DNA from: a virus
Reading direction: 5' to 3' (one strand)
Virus record (IMG/VR): IMGVR_UViG_3300023179_000046
Span: 38,990-102,989 of that record
Length of the DNA stretch: 64,000 nucleotides
Shown: piece by piece, positions 1 to 10,606 of the stretch
How positions within the stretch are numbered: the stretch's first letter is position 1
Layout: the number at the start of each line of letters is the position of its first letter
Program-made: the position numbers and the translations under genes
Notes under the pieces: model-generated
Told to the model about the DNA's origin: nothing
The model's input: the letters and a program-made list of their open reading frames with translations, nothing else
Database searches by the model: none

Positions 1-212
1 GCGATAGGCTGATGCATTTCCCTTAGGTTGCCTCTAAAAGCACTAAAGGCTTTTTCGCTCGCCTCCGGCGAAACAATATCACCGTGGCGGTCTAGGTTGT
101 CTAGGGTTGCAAATCCAGAGACGGTTCTTTTTTCCTTATCGACTTTTGCAATTGGAAAAGCCATCTTAATCTTTTCCTTGCTATTAGTCCAATTAACCTT
201 GTTAATGTCCAT
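1..212 (-). CDS. Prohead (capsid maturation) protease, N-terminal part; runs off the window
   Basis: Manual translation from ATG at 212: MDINKVNW...KVDKEKRTVSGFATLDNLDRHGDIV...FRGNLREMHQPI, an HK97-type protease motif; directly downstream of portal. Confidence 0.85.
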   Translation of the reverse strand, partial: MDINKVNWTNSKEKIKMAFPIAKVDKEKRTVSGFATLDNLDRHGDIVSPEASEKAFSAFRGNLREMHQPI

Positions 213-250
213 TTGAATTAATAATAACAATATTCTTTATGAAAACAAAA

Positions 251-1831
251 TTACGGGGTTTTGCGACCTTCGCCCTGAGGATTTCTTTCACCCTCAGAGT
301 CAGAAGCATTAATGCTGCGCTGTTGATCCCGCGCCCTATTTTTAGTGCCCTGAGCCGTCTGCTCAGCAGACTGCTGTGCATTAAGAACAACAGGGCTATC
401 ACCATCGGGGCGGGGAGATAGATTCTTCCTAACACGAATCTCATTAGGAACAACAACCTGCATACGAAGCAAAGATTCATCAATCTTGCTCTGAGTTAAT
501 TCATCAGTCAAAGTCAATTCATCAAGTTGCAAAGTAAAGGCATCTGTAAACTCTCTAATAATTAAGTTTACCTTTCTCTCCAACTCGTCCTGCATCGGAC
601 GACAAACTTGTTCCTTAAACGTTTTGTCTGCTGCCATTGATGCAGCATTACCAACACCATTAGGCATTCCTATTTTAGTAATAGGTACACCATTCGCAAA
701 TAGGATACGGTCGCGGTTTTCCGTTGTATAGTTTTGGAAAGAAGAATCTTGAATTCCTGACTCTACCGGCTCCATCTTAAACTCTACCCGCGAATTTTCA
801 CCATCTGACGGAAGTGGAATGTAAAGAGTTCTATGGTTTCTGCCACGCAAACCAGTTTGAAAAAATTCAAGCAGTTTTCTTTCAGATTCAGCAGAAAGTT
901 TAGCGCCTTTGACTGTGATAATGTATCGGGGTACTGCTTTATTCTCAAAATAGTCTAGGTTGAACCGGGAGGCAAATTCATCACCGGCCACAGCGTTCTT
1001 TGCGGATAAAATATCTGGAATACCGTAATATGTATGAGTTGGACTGTATTTCTTAAAATGAATAACCTCATTCGGTTGAGGGTCAGTTCCAATCTGATCT
1101 ATAGTTTCTTTGTCGCCAAAGTTTCTAAAGAATGTGTAGCGATTATAAACAACCTGAACAAAGCCGTCGCGGTGCCGACGAATTCTCATAGTTGTTGTAG
1201 GTATGTGGCCAATGTATCCGATTCTACCAGTACTAGTCCTGCCAATTTCCATATAACCATTACCGCAAGTTTCAAGATCAACGTAGATTTTGTGCATGAT
1301 CCATAAGAAACTATCATCTGAATTTAACGACTCTAGGTATTCTCGCAGGTCGCTCTTGGCTGACGTAATTTTTCTTCTCAGTTTATCTAGTTTTTCTGGA
1401 TTATTTAATACGTCCTCAATCTTGTCTAAAACTTTTTGACTTTCCTGAAAATGATATCCAAGCCCAACAACATTAGATGCTTTAGCGTTTACCGCAGCAT
1501 GTTGAATCGGAGACACATCATATAATTGTGCAAGATACATTAAGTTATACGGCGGCTGAACAATTTGAAATAAAGAATAACCAGTTAAATCTAGAGGGTC
1601 AAGTTTCTTAGACTTTGCATCCTCTATGCCCTCATAAGCCTTAGCAATGCGATTAGTTTTTCTTTTAAAGTTAGCACTAAGGCCTTCCATTTTAGAGATT
1701 TGCTCCCAATCCTGAGAAAACAAATCTTCAAACTGAGATTCATTTATGGCAATAGAAGGTCCAGCACCGCCGACCCTAATTCTCACTAAATCAGAATCAT
1801 CGTCTAAATCTTCTATTGGCACTAGTGACAT
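251..1831 (-). CDS. Phage portal protein
   Basis: NEVIHFKKYSP..YYGIPD, DYFENKAVPRYII, VPNEIR motifs; likely start MSLVPIEDL at 1831 overlapping the upstream stop. Confidence 0.92.
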   Translation of the reverse strand: MSLVPIEDLDDDSDLVRIRVGGAGPSIAINESQFEDLFSQDWEQISKMEGLSANFKRKTNRIAKAYEGIEDAKSKKLDPLDLTGYSLFQIVQPPYNLMYLAQLYDVSPIQHAAVNAKASNVVGLGYHFQESQKVLDKIEDVLNNPEKLDKLRRKITSAKSDLREYLESLNSDDSFLWIMHKIYVDLETCGNGYMEIGRTSTGRIGYIGHIPTTTMRIRRHRDGFVQVVYNRYTFFRNFGDKETIDQIGTDPQPNEVIHFKKYSPTHTYYGIPDILSAKNAVAGDEFASRFNLDYFENKAVPRYIITVKGAKLSAESERKLLEFFQTGLRGRNHRTLYIPLPSDGENSRVEFKMEPVESGIQDSSFQNYTTENRDRILFANGVPITKIGMPNGVGNAASMAADKTFKEQVCRPMQDELERKVNLIIREFTDAFTLQLDELTLTDELTQSKIDESLLRMQVVVPNEIRVRKNLSPRPDGDSPVVLNAQQSAEQTAQGTKNRARDQQRSINASDSEGERNPQGEGRKTP

Positions 1832-2175
1832 TAAATAAGGCCCATTTTCTTTTGATTGTCTAAATCTTCCTTGATGGCCGGGACATCTAATTCGTCTGGA
1901 ATTAGCCCCCACTCCATTCTTTGCTTTTGTTCTTCATATTCATCTTCCGTAACTTGACGGTGGGCGCTAAACCATACAGGCTGACCTTCTTCTAAATCAA
2001 ATTCTTTAGCGAATCTTTTGAGTTCATTAATTCTTTTAACGTCACCCTTTATGGCAGCAATATTCATGTAGTTGCCTTCATCGTCCATGACGAGGCTACC
2101 GTCTGGCATTTGCCAAAGATATAGGCCATAGGAAACTTCTTCTATTTGTGTAATATTAGACTTCTTCATAGACAA
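1831..2175 (-). CDS. Conserved hypothetical protein upstream of portal
   Basis: 114 aa ORF with extended -10 TGGTAAAAT just upstream. Confidence 0.75.
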   Translation of the reverse strand: MSMKKSNITQIEEVSYGLYLWQMPDGSLVMDDEGNYMNIAAIKGDVKRINELKRFAKEFDLEEGQPVWFSAHRQVTEDEYEEQKQRMEWGLIPDELDVPAIKEDLDNQKKMGLI

Positions 2176-2219
2176 ATTTTACCACCTTTTAAACAAAACT
2201 GCACAATTTGTGCCGCCAA

Positions 2220-2861
2220 CTATCCAATTTTGTACGCAGTCACACCAGAAATGCTTGCAGAGTTCCAATTTGGTAACCAGTTGTATCCAACTGTACTATC
2301 TGTAACGACAGTTGGATCACTCCCTATAAAGTTTTTATATCTTGGCAAAGCCAATGATGATATATCGTTAAAGTATGTGACTAGTGTATCAACAAAATAA
2401 CTAGCATTTGTTGGTGAAACACTGGCGGGAAATGTATTACCTGCACCATATGAATATAAACCGTTAACACCCCCGCCGGGGGCAGTTAAGTCTCCCGATA
2501 CCAAATCTGAATTAAAAATTGTATTACCATAAGTATACGAACCATCAGGAGAAAAATATGAAATTACATACAGAGTATTTGCAGTAATAGGTACTGGAAC
2601 ATTAAAGTAAACATATTGCCACTTCCAACTAGCAGTAGTTATATTTGAAAAAGTTGCACTAGCAAGTAGGGTTCCGGCAGAAGTCCACAATGACGCAATA
2701 TGTGTGCTGCCTGCAAGAGTTTCTGTATAAAACTTAGCACCAATAACCTGACCGTCCCTAGAGGATTTGAACTTTACCCCTAAAGTTACTGCACTACTAG
2801 GTCGTGCAACAAAGGCAGATGCTATTGTGCTGTCATTTATTAAGGAATATACACCGCTCAT
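2220..2861 (-). CDS. DUF4082-domain virion protein
   Basis: VTLGVKFKSSRDGQVIGAKFY...SLWTSAGTLLASATF...YVISY...NASYFVD is typical of DUF4082. Confidence 0.8.
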   Translation of the reverse strand: MSGVYSLINDSTIASAFVARPSSAVTLGVKFKSSRDGQVIGAKFYTETLAGSTHIASLWTSAGTLLASATFSNITTASWKWQYVYFNVPVPITANTLYVISYFSPDGSYTYGNTIFNSDLVSGDLTAPGGGVNGLYSYGAGNTFPASVSPTNASYFVDTLVTYFNDISSLALPRYKNFIGSDPTVVTDSTVGYNWLPNWNSASISGVTAYKIG

Positions 2862-2870
2862 AAAATTATC

Positions 2871-5357
2871 CTATTCATTAGAATTCCAAATATTAATAAA
2901 ACCATATGACCCATGAGAATGTCTACCTGTAGTAATTTTACTTGCATTTAAATAGATAGAGTCACCAGTGTATGCCCCGTCAAAATCAAAGAACAGGTGG
3001 TGTGGGTCGGCTGTTGTTAAAGTAACCGTTCCAGATGGAGCATATTGTCCATTAACATATACATTAACATAAGTTGTACTGCCAGAATATGAAAATCCGC
3101 TAGCAGAACCACCATCAATGAAGCGTGTGTACGTTGAGAGCGGGCTGCCGCCGTCGATGCTGCTATCAAAAATAATAGTAGAAGCAGAACCTCCGTCTAT
3201 TGATGCTGAAACAATCGCGTTTTCGTAAAATAATACACCAGACGCATTAGTATAAGCGTAAAAAGAAACACCACTTTCGACTCCCCTAGTATCAATAATA
3301 AAATTGGATGCAGATGGATAAGACTCAGGCCTAAACCAAAAATCAATAGCGATAGGATTGATTTCGGGTCGCCTCTTGTTTATCTCTATACCGCCCTCAA
3401 CCTGACCTGACGTTTTATCAAAACTTAGACCAAACTTTCTCTGCCTCTGTTGAATCGGATGAGAAAAAGATCCTATGACATAAGAATGTGACGAAGCAGT
3501 ATCAACAATACTATCTATCGCATAGTTACCATCATTACTTAAAATTGATAAATCTTTGTACAAAGAAACTTTTATGGAGTTAAATGATTGATTGTATTGC
3601 TCAATTTCATATTCATAGGGAACAAGAATTCTGAGCATCGCATCGTCAGTTAAAGTATTGTATGGAATAGGAAGTTGCTCATTATTGTTTATTGTTGTCC
3701 AAGGTAGATATCCAGATGCCGCATCAGAATACAAAGAGTATTGAACGAGGCAGTTGTCCATTCCGTCCCACGAAATTTTACTACCAACAATATCAGTGTC
3801 ATAGTCGGATAATTCTATTTGACTAATATATGTGGCAGCCTGACTAATTGAAAGGTCATCAGTAAATCTTGCCATATACATTCTATTTTCAGAAAAATTA
3901 TATGTTGAGGCAGAAGTACCTAATTCGCTGGCAATAAAAGCGTCATTGTCCATTCCAAAATTTTTAATATATAAGGAATTAGCATAGGGCAATTCAGGCA
4001 TATTGCCTATCGCTAATGATAAACTTTGAGGTATGGATAACTGTGGAATGGTGGCGCTTGCGGCTATGTTGTTTGCATATAGGTGAATATCTTCATCTTT
4101 TATGCAAAATGCTACATTGTATGTGCTTGCAGAATTTAACGTAGACGGTATATATATTATGCTTGACGAGGACGCCGAATCTGGATCATACTTCTGTATA
4201 TAAAATCCACTTGCATTAACCGTGGCGTACAAATTTGTATTAGTCTCAACAACATCATTCATAGAGAAAATTGTTGACATTGATGCTGTTACATTTGAAA
4301 TTTGAGTAGTAATGGTTTTATATTTTTCTCCGCTAAACAATAAGCCGTAGTCTACCATTTGGGCGTATGCTGAGGCTGATACTTGAAGCCCCGCCGATGA
4401 AGTACTAATTGATCCGCTAGACAGTGAACCTAAATTAATACTATTAATTCTTTTATAGGAAATACCTAACTCTGTTGAAAAGTTAGTATTGTTTTCATAG
4501 ATATAGTTATCTTTAAATGAGTCACCTATAATAAATTTTTGATAAATTGTATTGTAGTCTTTTTCGGTTAAGTCAAAAAAGGAAGTATTATATGCGGCGG
4601 TAATTTGAGAAGGCTTTTCTGCATTATAGGCATATACGGCCCTGAGCCTTTGACGATCTTTAGGTAATATATAATTATATAGACCTAAATTGCTGATTAT
4701 AAAACTTTTTGTTGAATCGTTAATTGAGTTAGAGTTAACGTTAAAGTTAATTTTTTCTACTGCACCGGTAAGTGGTTGAAACGCAAAATTATCTACAACT
4801 GCGCCTGATCCACCATCATGACCGTTGACTGATAGTGTTAAAGACCCTTTAGTGTAGGTGGCACAAATATAAAAATTAGTGTCTAGGTTTCTTACTGGAT
4901 AGATAGCATCAGTGTTACCCGTTCCATAAATTCTAAACCTAAATGTGTTTCTTTTGTAGTCGTAGAGAATGGCTCCTACATCAGTTGAGCCATTTTTTAT
5001 GCTAACAATTTTTAACTCATTATTAATGTAGTATCTTGTTGAAGAATTAAGATTATTTAAATATCCAGAGCCATCCAAAGTTCCATTGAAAGAAAACCAA
5101 AACTCAATAGTAAAATTATTATTTTCAGTGCCCTTATAAAAACACTTAGGGTCGCCATACAGTCGATAAGAAAAATTATTAGTCTTAGTAAAAAGCGGAG
5201 TGGCACTTGAACTGTTATCTACAATAATATTATTCTTTATCGAACTTCTAGTTCCAGAACTAGCACTTTGAATAAGTCCATTACTCGCGTATACGTCATT
5301 AAGGTCACCTGTATAGCCCACAGGTTGATCTGAAATGACTAAATTTTTATACGACAA
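2871..5357 (-). CDS. LamG/ConA-like minor tail protein
   Basis: N-terminal MSYKNLVISDQP, FTIEFWF and IDFWFRP LamG-like motifs; S/T/N-rich; 828 aa. Confidence 0.7.
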   Translation of the reverse strand: MSYKNLVISDQPVGYTGDLNDVYASNGLIQSASSGTRSSIKNNIIVDNSSSATPLFTKTNNFSYRLYGDPKCFYKGTENNNFTIEFWFSFNGTLDGSGYLNNLNSSTRYYINNELKIVSIKNGSTDVGAILYDYKRNTFRFRIYGTGNTDAIYPVRNLDTNFYICATYTKGSLTLSVNGHDGGSGAVVDNFAFQPLTGAVEKINFNVNSNSINDSTKSFIISNLGLYNYILPKDRQRLRAVYAYNAEKPSQITAAYNTSFFDLTEKDYNTIYQKFIIGDSFKDNYIYENNTNFSTELGISYKRINSINLGSLSSGSISTSSAGLQVSASAYAQMVDYGLLFSGEKYKTITTQISNVTASMSTIFSMNDVVETNTNLYATVNASGFYIQKYDPDSASSSSIIYIPSTLNSASTYNVAFCIKDEDIHLYANNIAASATIPQLSIPQSLSLAIGNMPELPYANSLYIKNFGMDNDAFIASELGTSASTYNFSENRMYMARFTDDLSISQAATYISQIELSDYDTDIVGSKISWDGMDNCLVQYSLYSDAASGYLPWTTINNNEQLPIPYNTLTDDAMLRILVPYEYEIEQYNQSFNSIKVSLYKDLSILSNDGNYAIDSIVDTASSHSYVIGSFSHPIQQRQRKFGLSFDKTSGQVEGGIEINKRRPEINPIAIDFWFRPESYPSASNFIIDTRGVESGVSFYAYTNASGVLFYENAIVSASIDGGSASTIIFDSSIDGGSPLSTYTRFIDGGSASGFSYSGSTTYVNVYVNGQYAPSGTVTLTTADPHHLFFDFDGAYTGDSIYLNASKITTGRHSHGSYGFINIWNSNE

Positions 5358-5408
5358 AGTAATGCTCCTATTGGAATATAATAATTATACCAAAGCAGAG
5401 GCGTTTTA

Positions 5409-8210
5409 CTACTTTTTAACTTCTGCCGTGGAGCCAATGTCTACAATTTCACAAGCCCCGGCGCTACAGGCCAATTCTTGCGATCCAGTAGTTGAATCAA
5501 TAGTCTCATAGAGAGGTAGCATTTCCCACTGAATATACTCAGGGAAATTCTTTACTGCCTCTAAATATGTTGATTCGTCTATTTCCTGATAGGGAGCCTG
5601 ACGGTAGGTATGCTCAGAATAAGGTAAGAATGAGATACCTGACACTTCATCAAAGTGCTTCCAAATCCAAGCACCTACCTCCATCCATTCTTCTTCCTTG
5701 ACGGAAACGGTGATTGAAGGCTTATGTTCACACCATGCTCTTTGATATGCCAGCCAAATATCTAAATGCTGTAAAGCGTTAATGTTTTCGCGCAGTACCG
5801 CATTTTTGGGTGCTTTTATTGGAAACGAGAATACTGTAGTGTCATTAGGTTTCATAACGTCATCTTCTGCTGGAACACCGCAGTCAGTGAGGAAACGTGT
5901 TAAAGGATCTTTCTTATCGCCTCTGACAGTGCGGGTATAGTATTGTGAGTGCCACGGATGCATCCCTGAGGATACTCCTGTTAATTGTGATACTGTTCCT
6001 GATGGCTTGACACAGGTGATGGCGGCTGATGGGTTGATGCCTATTTTTTTGGCTTCTTCTACGTTTGCGGCTACTGCAATTTCTCGTAAATTGTAGAGGG
6101 TTCTTGTCAATTTTGCTATGCCTTCTTGTCCTGACATTAGAGTGTTGCCGAATTGCCCGGTCAGTGAAACACCAAGTAGTCTTTCTTCTTCTGTGTTTTG
6201 ACGCCAAATTTTTCTTAAGTATTTGAAATCTGTCAGTGTTGATTGCCATGTGCCTAGAATGGTTGCTAATTCAACCTTTCTGGATAGGGTTTCTTCATCA
6301 TCATTTTCTCGCACAATCACTTCTGACAGGTTGCAGAATTGGTATGGGCGTAGAATGATTTCGCTGCATGGGTTGGTGCCATAGTTTATTGTTTCGTCCC
6401 GGCGACCATATTTGGCTGCTTGACGTTGTGCGGCCTTAACATTATAGATGCCACGTTCACCTGATTTAGAATCATACAGGTTCTTCCACTCGTCCATAAA
6501 TTCGCTCATTGAGGGTCGGTCTGAATATGCCACGGAGTTATTTGAAAGCGCCCTGTGACCGTCTGTGTTCCACCATGAGCCAAATTTTGCCTTAGCCATA
6601 TCTCCGTCGCCTAGGTCAGATAGGCTAATCATGGCACTACGACGAACACCCCCAACTACGACCACTTCACCGATCTTGCACATAATGTCGTGGGCTTCGA
6701 TTGGGCGCAGGCGACGACCAGCCGCCTGCTTAAAGATATGCACACAGAATTCGAATAAGTTGATGAGGGGTTCTGGGCCTGATGCCATACCGCCAAAGGT
6801 CTTAAGTCGTGCGCCTGCTGGACGTACCTTAGATGTATTCCATGTGGGGATTTGACCAGCGTAAAGCATAGCAATAAGTTCTCTTAAAGATCGTGCCCAT
6901 CCCGCCTTTGAATCCTCTACAACAATAGTTGTATCGGATTTCTCAAAATGCTCATTGACTACGGGCAGTTTGTTAATGTATTTTGCTTCTACGGAGAATC
7001 CTACTCCTGTCCCACACATGAGAATATACATTGCTTCATCGAAGGAGCGAGGGGAGTCAATTGGTAGGAAAGAACAATTTCCAGTAATCAGCCCCCCAGA
7101 AAGAACAAAGTTGCTAGTTTCTGGGACCACCAGACAGTAAACGTCCTGTTCTTCTAATTCAGATATTGACTCAACAACAAATTCCTTGCTGGCTCGCAGG
7201 CTAATTCTTGCTAGCGGGTTAGACCTTTCTCCAAAATTAGTTGGCCTATTGTTGTAGTTAATTCCAGTTACAACGTATCCGGCCAATGGTGCGTTCTTAA
7301 CCAGCCACTCATAAGCGCCCGGAAATTGTGAGTCCAATTTTGGAGAGGTGGAGCGAATCTGATTGCCATCGGCCAAAAGCCAGCCATAAATAAAGCCTGC
7401 AATGTAACTTGAGTTCTTAGAAGAAGGAAATTCTTTGCAGTTATCTGGTACAGTCCAATATCCAACTGCATCACCATCGTAAGATGGTGGGAAGGAATGT
7501 GATTCAAAGTATGAAAGCATTTCATCCTTGTGCTGACCACAAAGCCTTACAAAATGTCCAATATTACCATTCGACTGGCGCTTGCTTATAGTTCCGTCGC
7601 CAAAAATAATACCATGGCGCACCCCATTTCGGTAATCTTCATCCTCAACGACATCTGCCGAGATAGCAATAACTTTATCTCCAACAGAAAGCGCAGTAGT
7701 TTTTAGACCATTGGACAAAATCCATCTATGGTCAGGAGTAACATCATAACTAAGTCTATGATTGCTTCTGTCAGAAGACGGCCTAAAGACTACCCTTTGA
7801 GTAGACTGAACCCCAAAATATTCGGCACGCGCAGACTTCCATCCAAAAGGTGTAAGCGCCGTAACGGTCTGATCATAAATGTCATCTAGTCTAACCGAGC
7901 CGTACTCTTTCGTAACAACCTCAGTACTGCCCACAAAACAGTTATATCCTGCCACATTGTCACGATCCAACGCAACACCAGCAGTCATGACTGCACGCAT
8001 GGAAGGCATAATGTCCATTTTTAATACGGCAGACTTTAACTCAGTTACAAGGGCGGGGTCAGGAGTGTAATTCTTTTCACCTAAATGGGTAACCATAAAG
8101 TTAAAGTAACGGTCTACAGTTTCATCCCACGATTCGCGTCGGTTTTCATCTTCCAACCAACGGGCATAACGACTAACAGCAATAAAATTTTGAAACGGAT
8201 TCTCAATCAC
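5409..8210 (-). CDS. nrdJ: Class II (AdoCbl-dependent) ribonucleotide reductase with intein
   Basis: MPSMR, GTGVGFS, VVVGGVRRSA, TNPCSEI, TCVKPSGTVSQL, C-terminal CSAGACE; probable GTG start at 8210. Confidence 0.95.
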   Translation of the reverse strand: MIENPFQNFIAVSRYARWLEDENRRESWDETVDRYFNFMVTHLGEKNYTPDPALVTELKSAVLKMDIMPSMRAVMTAGVALDRDNVAGYNCFVGSTEVVTKEYGSVRLDDIYDQTVTALTPFGWKSARAEYFGVQSTQRVVFRPSSDRSNHRLSYDVTPDHRWILSNGLKTTALSVGDKVIAISADVVEDEDYRNGVRHGIIFGDGTISKRQSNGNIGHFVRLCGQHKDEMLSYFESHSFPPSYDGDAVGYWTVPDNCKEFPSSKNSSYIAGFIYGWLLADGNQIRSTSPKLDSQFPGAYEWLVKNAPLAGYVVTGINYNNRPTNFGERSNPLARISLRASKEFVVESISELEEQDVYCLVVPETSNFVLSGGLITGNCSFLPIDSPRSFDEAMYILMCGTGVGFSVEAKYINKLPVVNEHFEKSDTTIVVEDSKAGWARSLRELIAMLYAGQIPTWNTSKVRPAGARLKTFGGMASGPEPLINLFEFCVHIFKQAAGRRLRPIEAHDIMCKIGEVVVVGGVRRSAMISLSDLGDGDMAKAKFGSWWNTDGHRALSNNSVAYSDRPSMSEFMDEWKNLYDSKSGERGIYNVKAAQRQAAKYGRRDETINYGTNPCSEIILRPYQFCNLSEVIVRENDDEETLSRKVELATILGTWQSTLTDFKYLRKIWRQNTEEERLLGVSLTGQFGNTLMSGQEGIAKLTRTLYNLREIAVAANVEEAKKIGINPSAAITCVKPSGTVSQLTGVSSGMHPWHSQYYTRTVRGDKKDPLTRFLTDCGVPAEDDVMKPNDTTVFSFPIKAPKNAVLRENINALQHLDIWLAYQRAWCEHKPSITVSVKEEEWMEVGAWIWKHFDEVSGISFLPYSEHTYRQAPYQEIDESTYLEAVKNFPEYIQWEMLPLYETIDSTTGSQELACSAGACEIVDIGSTAEVKK
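7077..7940 (-). mobile_element. Intein with LAGLIDADG-like endonuclease in NrdJ (288 aa)
   Basis: Starts CFVGSTEV after AGYN; TPDHRW block B; GIIFGDG and GWLLADG; ends VYCLVVPETSNFVL..ITGN before Cys+1. Confidence 0.92.
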
Positions 8211-8280
8211 AAAAAAGCACCTAAATTCACATAAAATATTTAACAGAGACACCAAGTGTAGCACGCCCCCTGCCTTAAAC

Positions 8281-9303
8281 TTACATATTTTTGTAAATTT
8301 TTCTCAACCGGGCGACCATAGGACGAGTGACCTTCACCCAATCATATTCTCTATGAATTTGTAAAGCATTTTTGAACGCAATCTTAGACCACTCATCATG
8401 CATGGCGGGTGCAGCGTGCATATACTCCCGTAACTGTGTGTGATCGGGGCGCAACATCAGGCCGGGATGGATAGACTGCCAAGGTGACGTAGCCCAAGTA
8501 GACCCCAACGGGGCGGTAATATAATCCCCATACTCAGCCCACCCATCAGTACAAATCGTAGGAATGCCCATAGCCATAGCCTGCAAAGGATTAAACCCGA
8601 ACCCCTCACCCCACGACGGATAAACAAAAACATCAGCCATAGCATACAAAGAAACCATCTCATACTCTGAATACATATCCGTAATGACCAAAACATTACT
8701 ATGAAACAACTCAGGACTAGCCGCGACACCATTATAGGCTTTAGTTTGAACCGTAGAAGAATTAGAACCCTTGACAATTAATCTAAACCTATCATCACCA
8801 CCATAAAGGTCAAGAAAAGTATCAACTACACGCTGACCGTCCTTGCGAACCGCAGGTTCCCCCACAAACAAAAACGTAAACGGCCTATCCTTACTAAAAC
8901 CATCAAACTTCACCCGCCTCGGACTAAAAATTTTAGAAATACCATGCGGATAAACACAAATATCCTTACCGCCAACAAACGGTTTAAAAATATCCTTATT
9001 CCACTGAGAAGGAGTCCAAATCTCATCACACACAGCAGCACCCTCAACCCAACCCGGCAACCACTGAGTAGACTCCCAAGCAGTAAACCCAATCTTAAAA
9101 CTAGACTCACAATAAAACCTATAATGACTAGGATGAGTGAACGCAATCTCAAAATCAGCCCTCACACTATCACCATCCTCAGGACGACGACACACCACAT
9201 CAACACCCAACTCCTTAAAAGCATTAAACGACTGCGCCGCAGCCGTCCCATACCCAAAAGTCGAATTACAATGCTCAAACGCGCCAGACAAATAAACTCT
9301 CAT
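8281..9303 (-). CDS. GT4 (GT-B) glycosyltransferase
   Basis: FLFVG..RK, ADVFVYPSWGEGFGFNPLQAMAMGIP. Confidence 0.9.
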   Translation of the reverse strand: MRVYLSGAFEHCNSTFGYGTAAAQSFNAFKELGVDVVCRRPEDGDSVRADFEIAFTHPSHYRFYCESSFKIGFTAWESTQWLPGWVEGAAVCDEIWTPSQWNKDIFKPFVGGKDICVYPHGISKIFSPRRVKFDGFSKDRPFTFLFVGEPAVRKDGQRVVDTFLDLYGGDDRFRLIVKGSNSSTVQTKAYNGVAASPELFHSNVLVITDMYSEYEMVSLYAMADVFVYPSWGEGFGFNPLQAMAMGIPTICTDGWAEYGDYITAPLGSTWATSPWQSIHPGLMLRPDHTQLREYMHAAPAMHDEWSKIAFKNALQIHREYDWVKVTRPMVARLRKIYKNM

Positions 9304-9459
9304 GCTACACTTTCTCTATAAGTACTTAATAAGAACAAAATATAATATATATAAATTATAGTATATATTACTATATAGTATAGTTAACTAAAGTTAACTA
9401 TACTATACCACCCCCACCCTGAAAAATGATACACTAGGAATCTCCTTGAAAGGAACACC

Positions 9460-9684
9460 ATGTTAATCATTCCAATAAACAAACACACCCTAAGCCTCGT
9501 CACAGTACTAAACGACGACGTAGAACCACCAATACCAGTACACGAAAAATTCCCCAACCTTGACGCCACATACCTCCTATGGGACAAAAAAGGCAACAAC
9601 GTTTACACAAAAATAATCCACTGGACCGAACACGAACTCTTGAAAGAAGATGTCGGACACCCAATCTTCTTTAGAGAACAATAA
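9460..9684 (+). CDS. Hypothetical protein
   Basis: RBS GAAAGGA; translationally coupled to the next ORF. Confidence 0.7.
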   Translation: MLIIPINKHTLSLVTVLNDDVEPPIPVHEKFPNLDATYLLWDKKGNNVYTKIIHWTEHELLKEDVGHPIFFREQ

Positions 9685-9938
9685 TGCCCCAAAGCAACAC
9701 ACCAAAAAACCAAACCCTAACATACTACTTCGAATACACGCAACTAGTAGCCCAACAAAAAACAAAACCACTACTAGACTGCGCCAACAACCACCAAATG
9801 CTACACCCACACTACGACACACAAAAAAACAAACTATACTTCCAATGCCTCACCTGCGACCAAAAAGTCCACCCCGGCCAAAACATCACACAAAAAATAA
9901 AACAAATAGTAAACCAACACCAAGAAAACAACCCATGA
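9684..9938 (+). CDS. Hypothetical Zn-ribbon-like protein
   Basis: C..H and CLTC motifs; coupled ORF. Confidence 0.7.
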   Translation: MPQSNTPKNQTLTYYFEYTQLVAQQKTKPLLDCANNHQMLHPHYDTQKNKLYFQCLTCDQKVHPGQNITQKIKQIVNQHQENNP

Positions 9939-10135
9939 ACCAACAACAAACAGACACCCTCCTAGAAATACTCACAGGCATCTACATACAAACACTCCGC
10001 ATATACGACCAACTCGCCATCATCGGAGACAAACTAGGAGCAGACACCACACAACTAGCCAACCTACACGAACAAGGACACACCATCGGCCCCGACCCCG
10101 CCCTCACAATAGACCAAGACCAAGGACAAACATGA
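9935..10135 (+). CDS. Hypothetical protein (MNQQQTDTLLEIL...)
   Basis: ATGA overlaps at both ends; ATG at 9935 inside the longer called ORF. Confidence 0.7.
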   Translation: MNQQQTDTLLEILTGIYIQTLRIYDQLAIIGDKLGADTTQLANLHEQGHTIGPDPALTIDQDQGQT

Positions 10136-10332
10136 CACACTGGAACCAAAAAATAACAAACCTCCTATGGAAAGCCATAGACGACAACCACGAAACAATA
10201 AACAAACTAAGAATCAAAAAAGAAGAAGCACAACAAACAATCCAAACAATAAACCAAGAAATCGAAAACCTACACAACGACAACCACGAAATACAACAAC
10301 AAATACTAAAAATAGTCTCACCAAAAAACTAA
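10132..10332 (+). CDS. Hypothetical coiled-coil protein
   Basis: RBS AAGGA, heptad pattern. Confidence 0.7.
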   Translation: MTHWNQKITNLLWKAIDDNHETINKLRIKKEEAQQTIQTINQEIENLHNDNHEIQQQILKIVSPKN

Positions 10333-10606
10333 ACCCAAAACGACAAAATGTTAACAAAAAAATTCAAACCCAAAACCACAAAATGTTAACAAATTTTTAA
10401 AATGTATGGATACGCCTTCGGCATAGCGGCGCGCGCTAAGGTAGTGCGCCCATACGGGCGGCGTGTCAAGCCTTATGGCGTGTGACATACGCCACATCGT
10501 GTTTGGTTGCAGAATGGTTGCAAACGCCCGTTTCGGGTCGCTGACTGTCGGACCCCTAGTGTAGTGTTCTACTTGTCAGAGAGAAACACTAATGAAAGGT
10601 TAGACA

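Noticed and set aside
8457-10400. Overlapping alternative-frame ORFs (8457, 8910, 8944, 9577, 10167 and the 5' part of 9650)
   Set aside because: By-products of the strand skew, which depletes stop codons; low-complexity translations.
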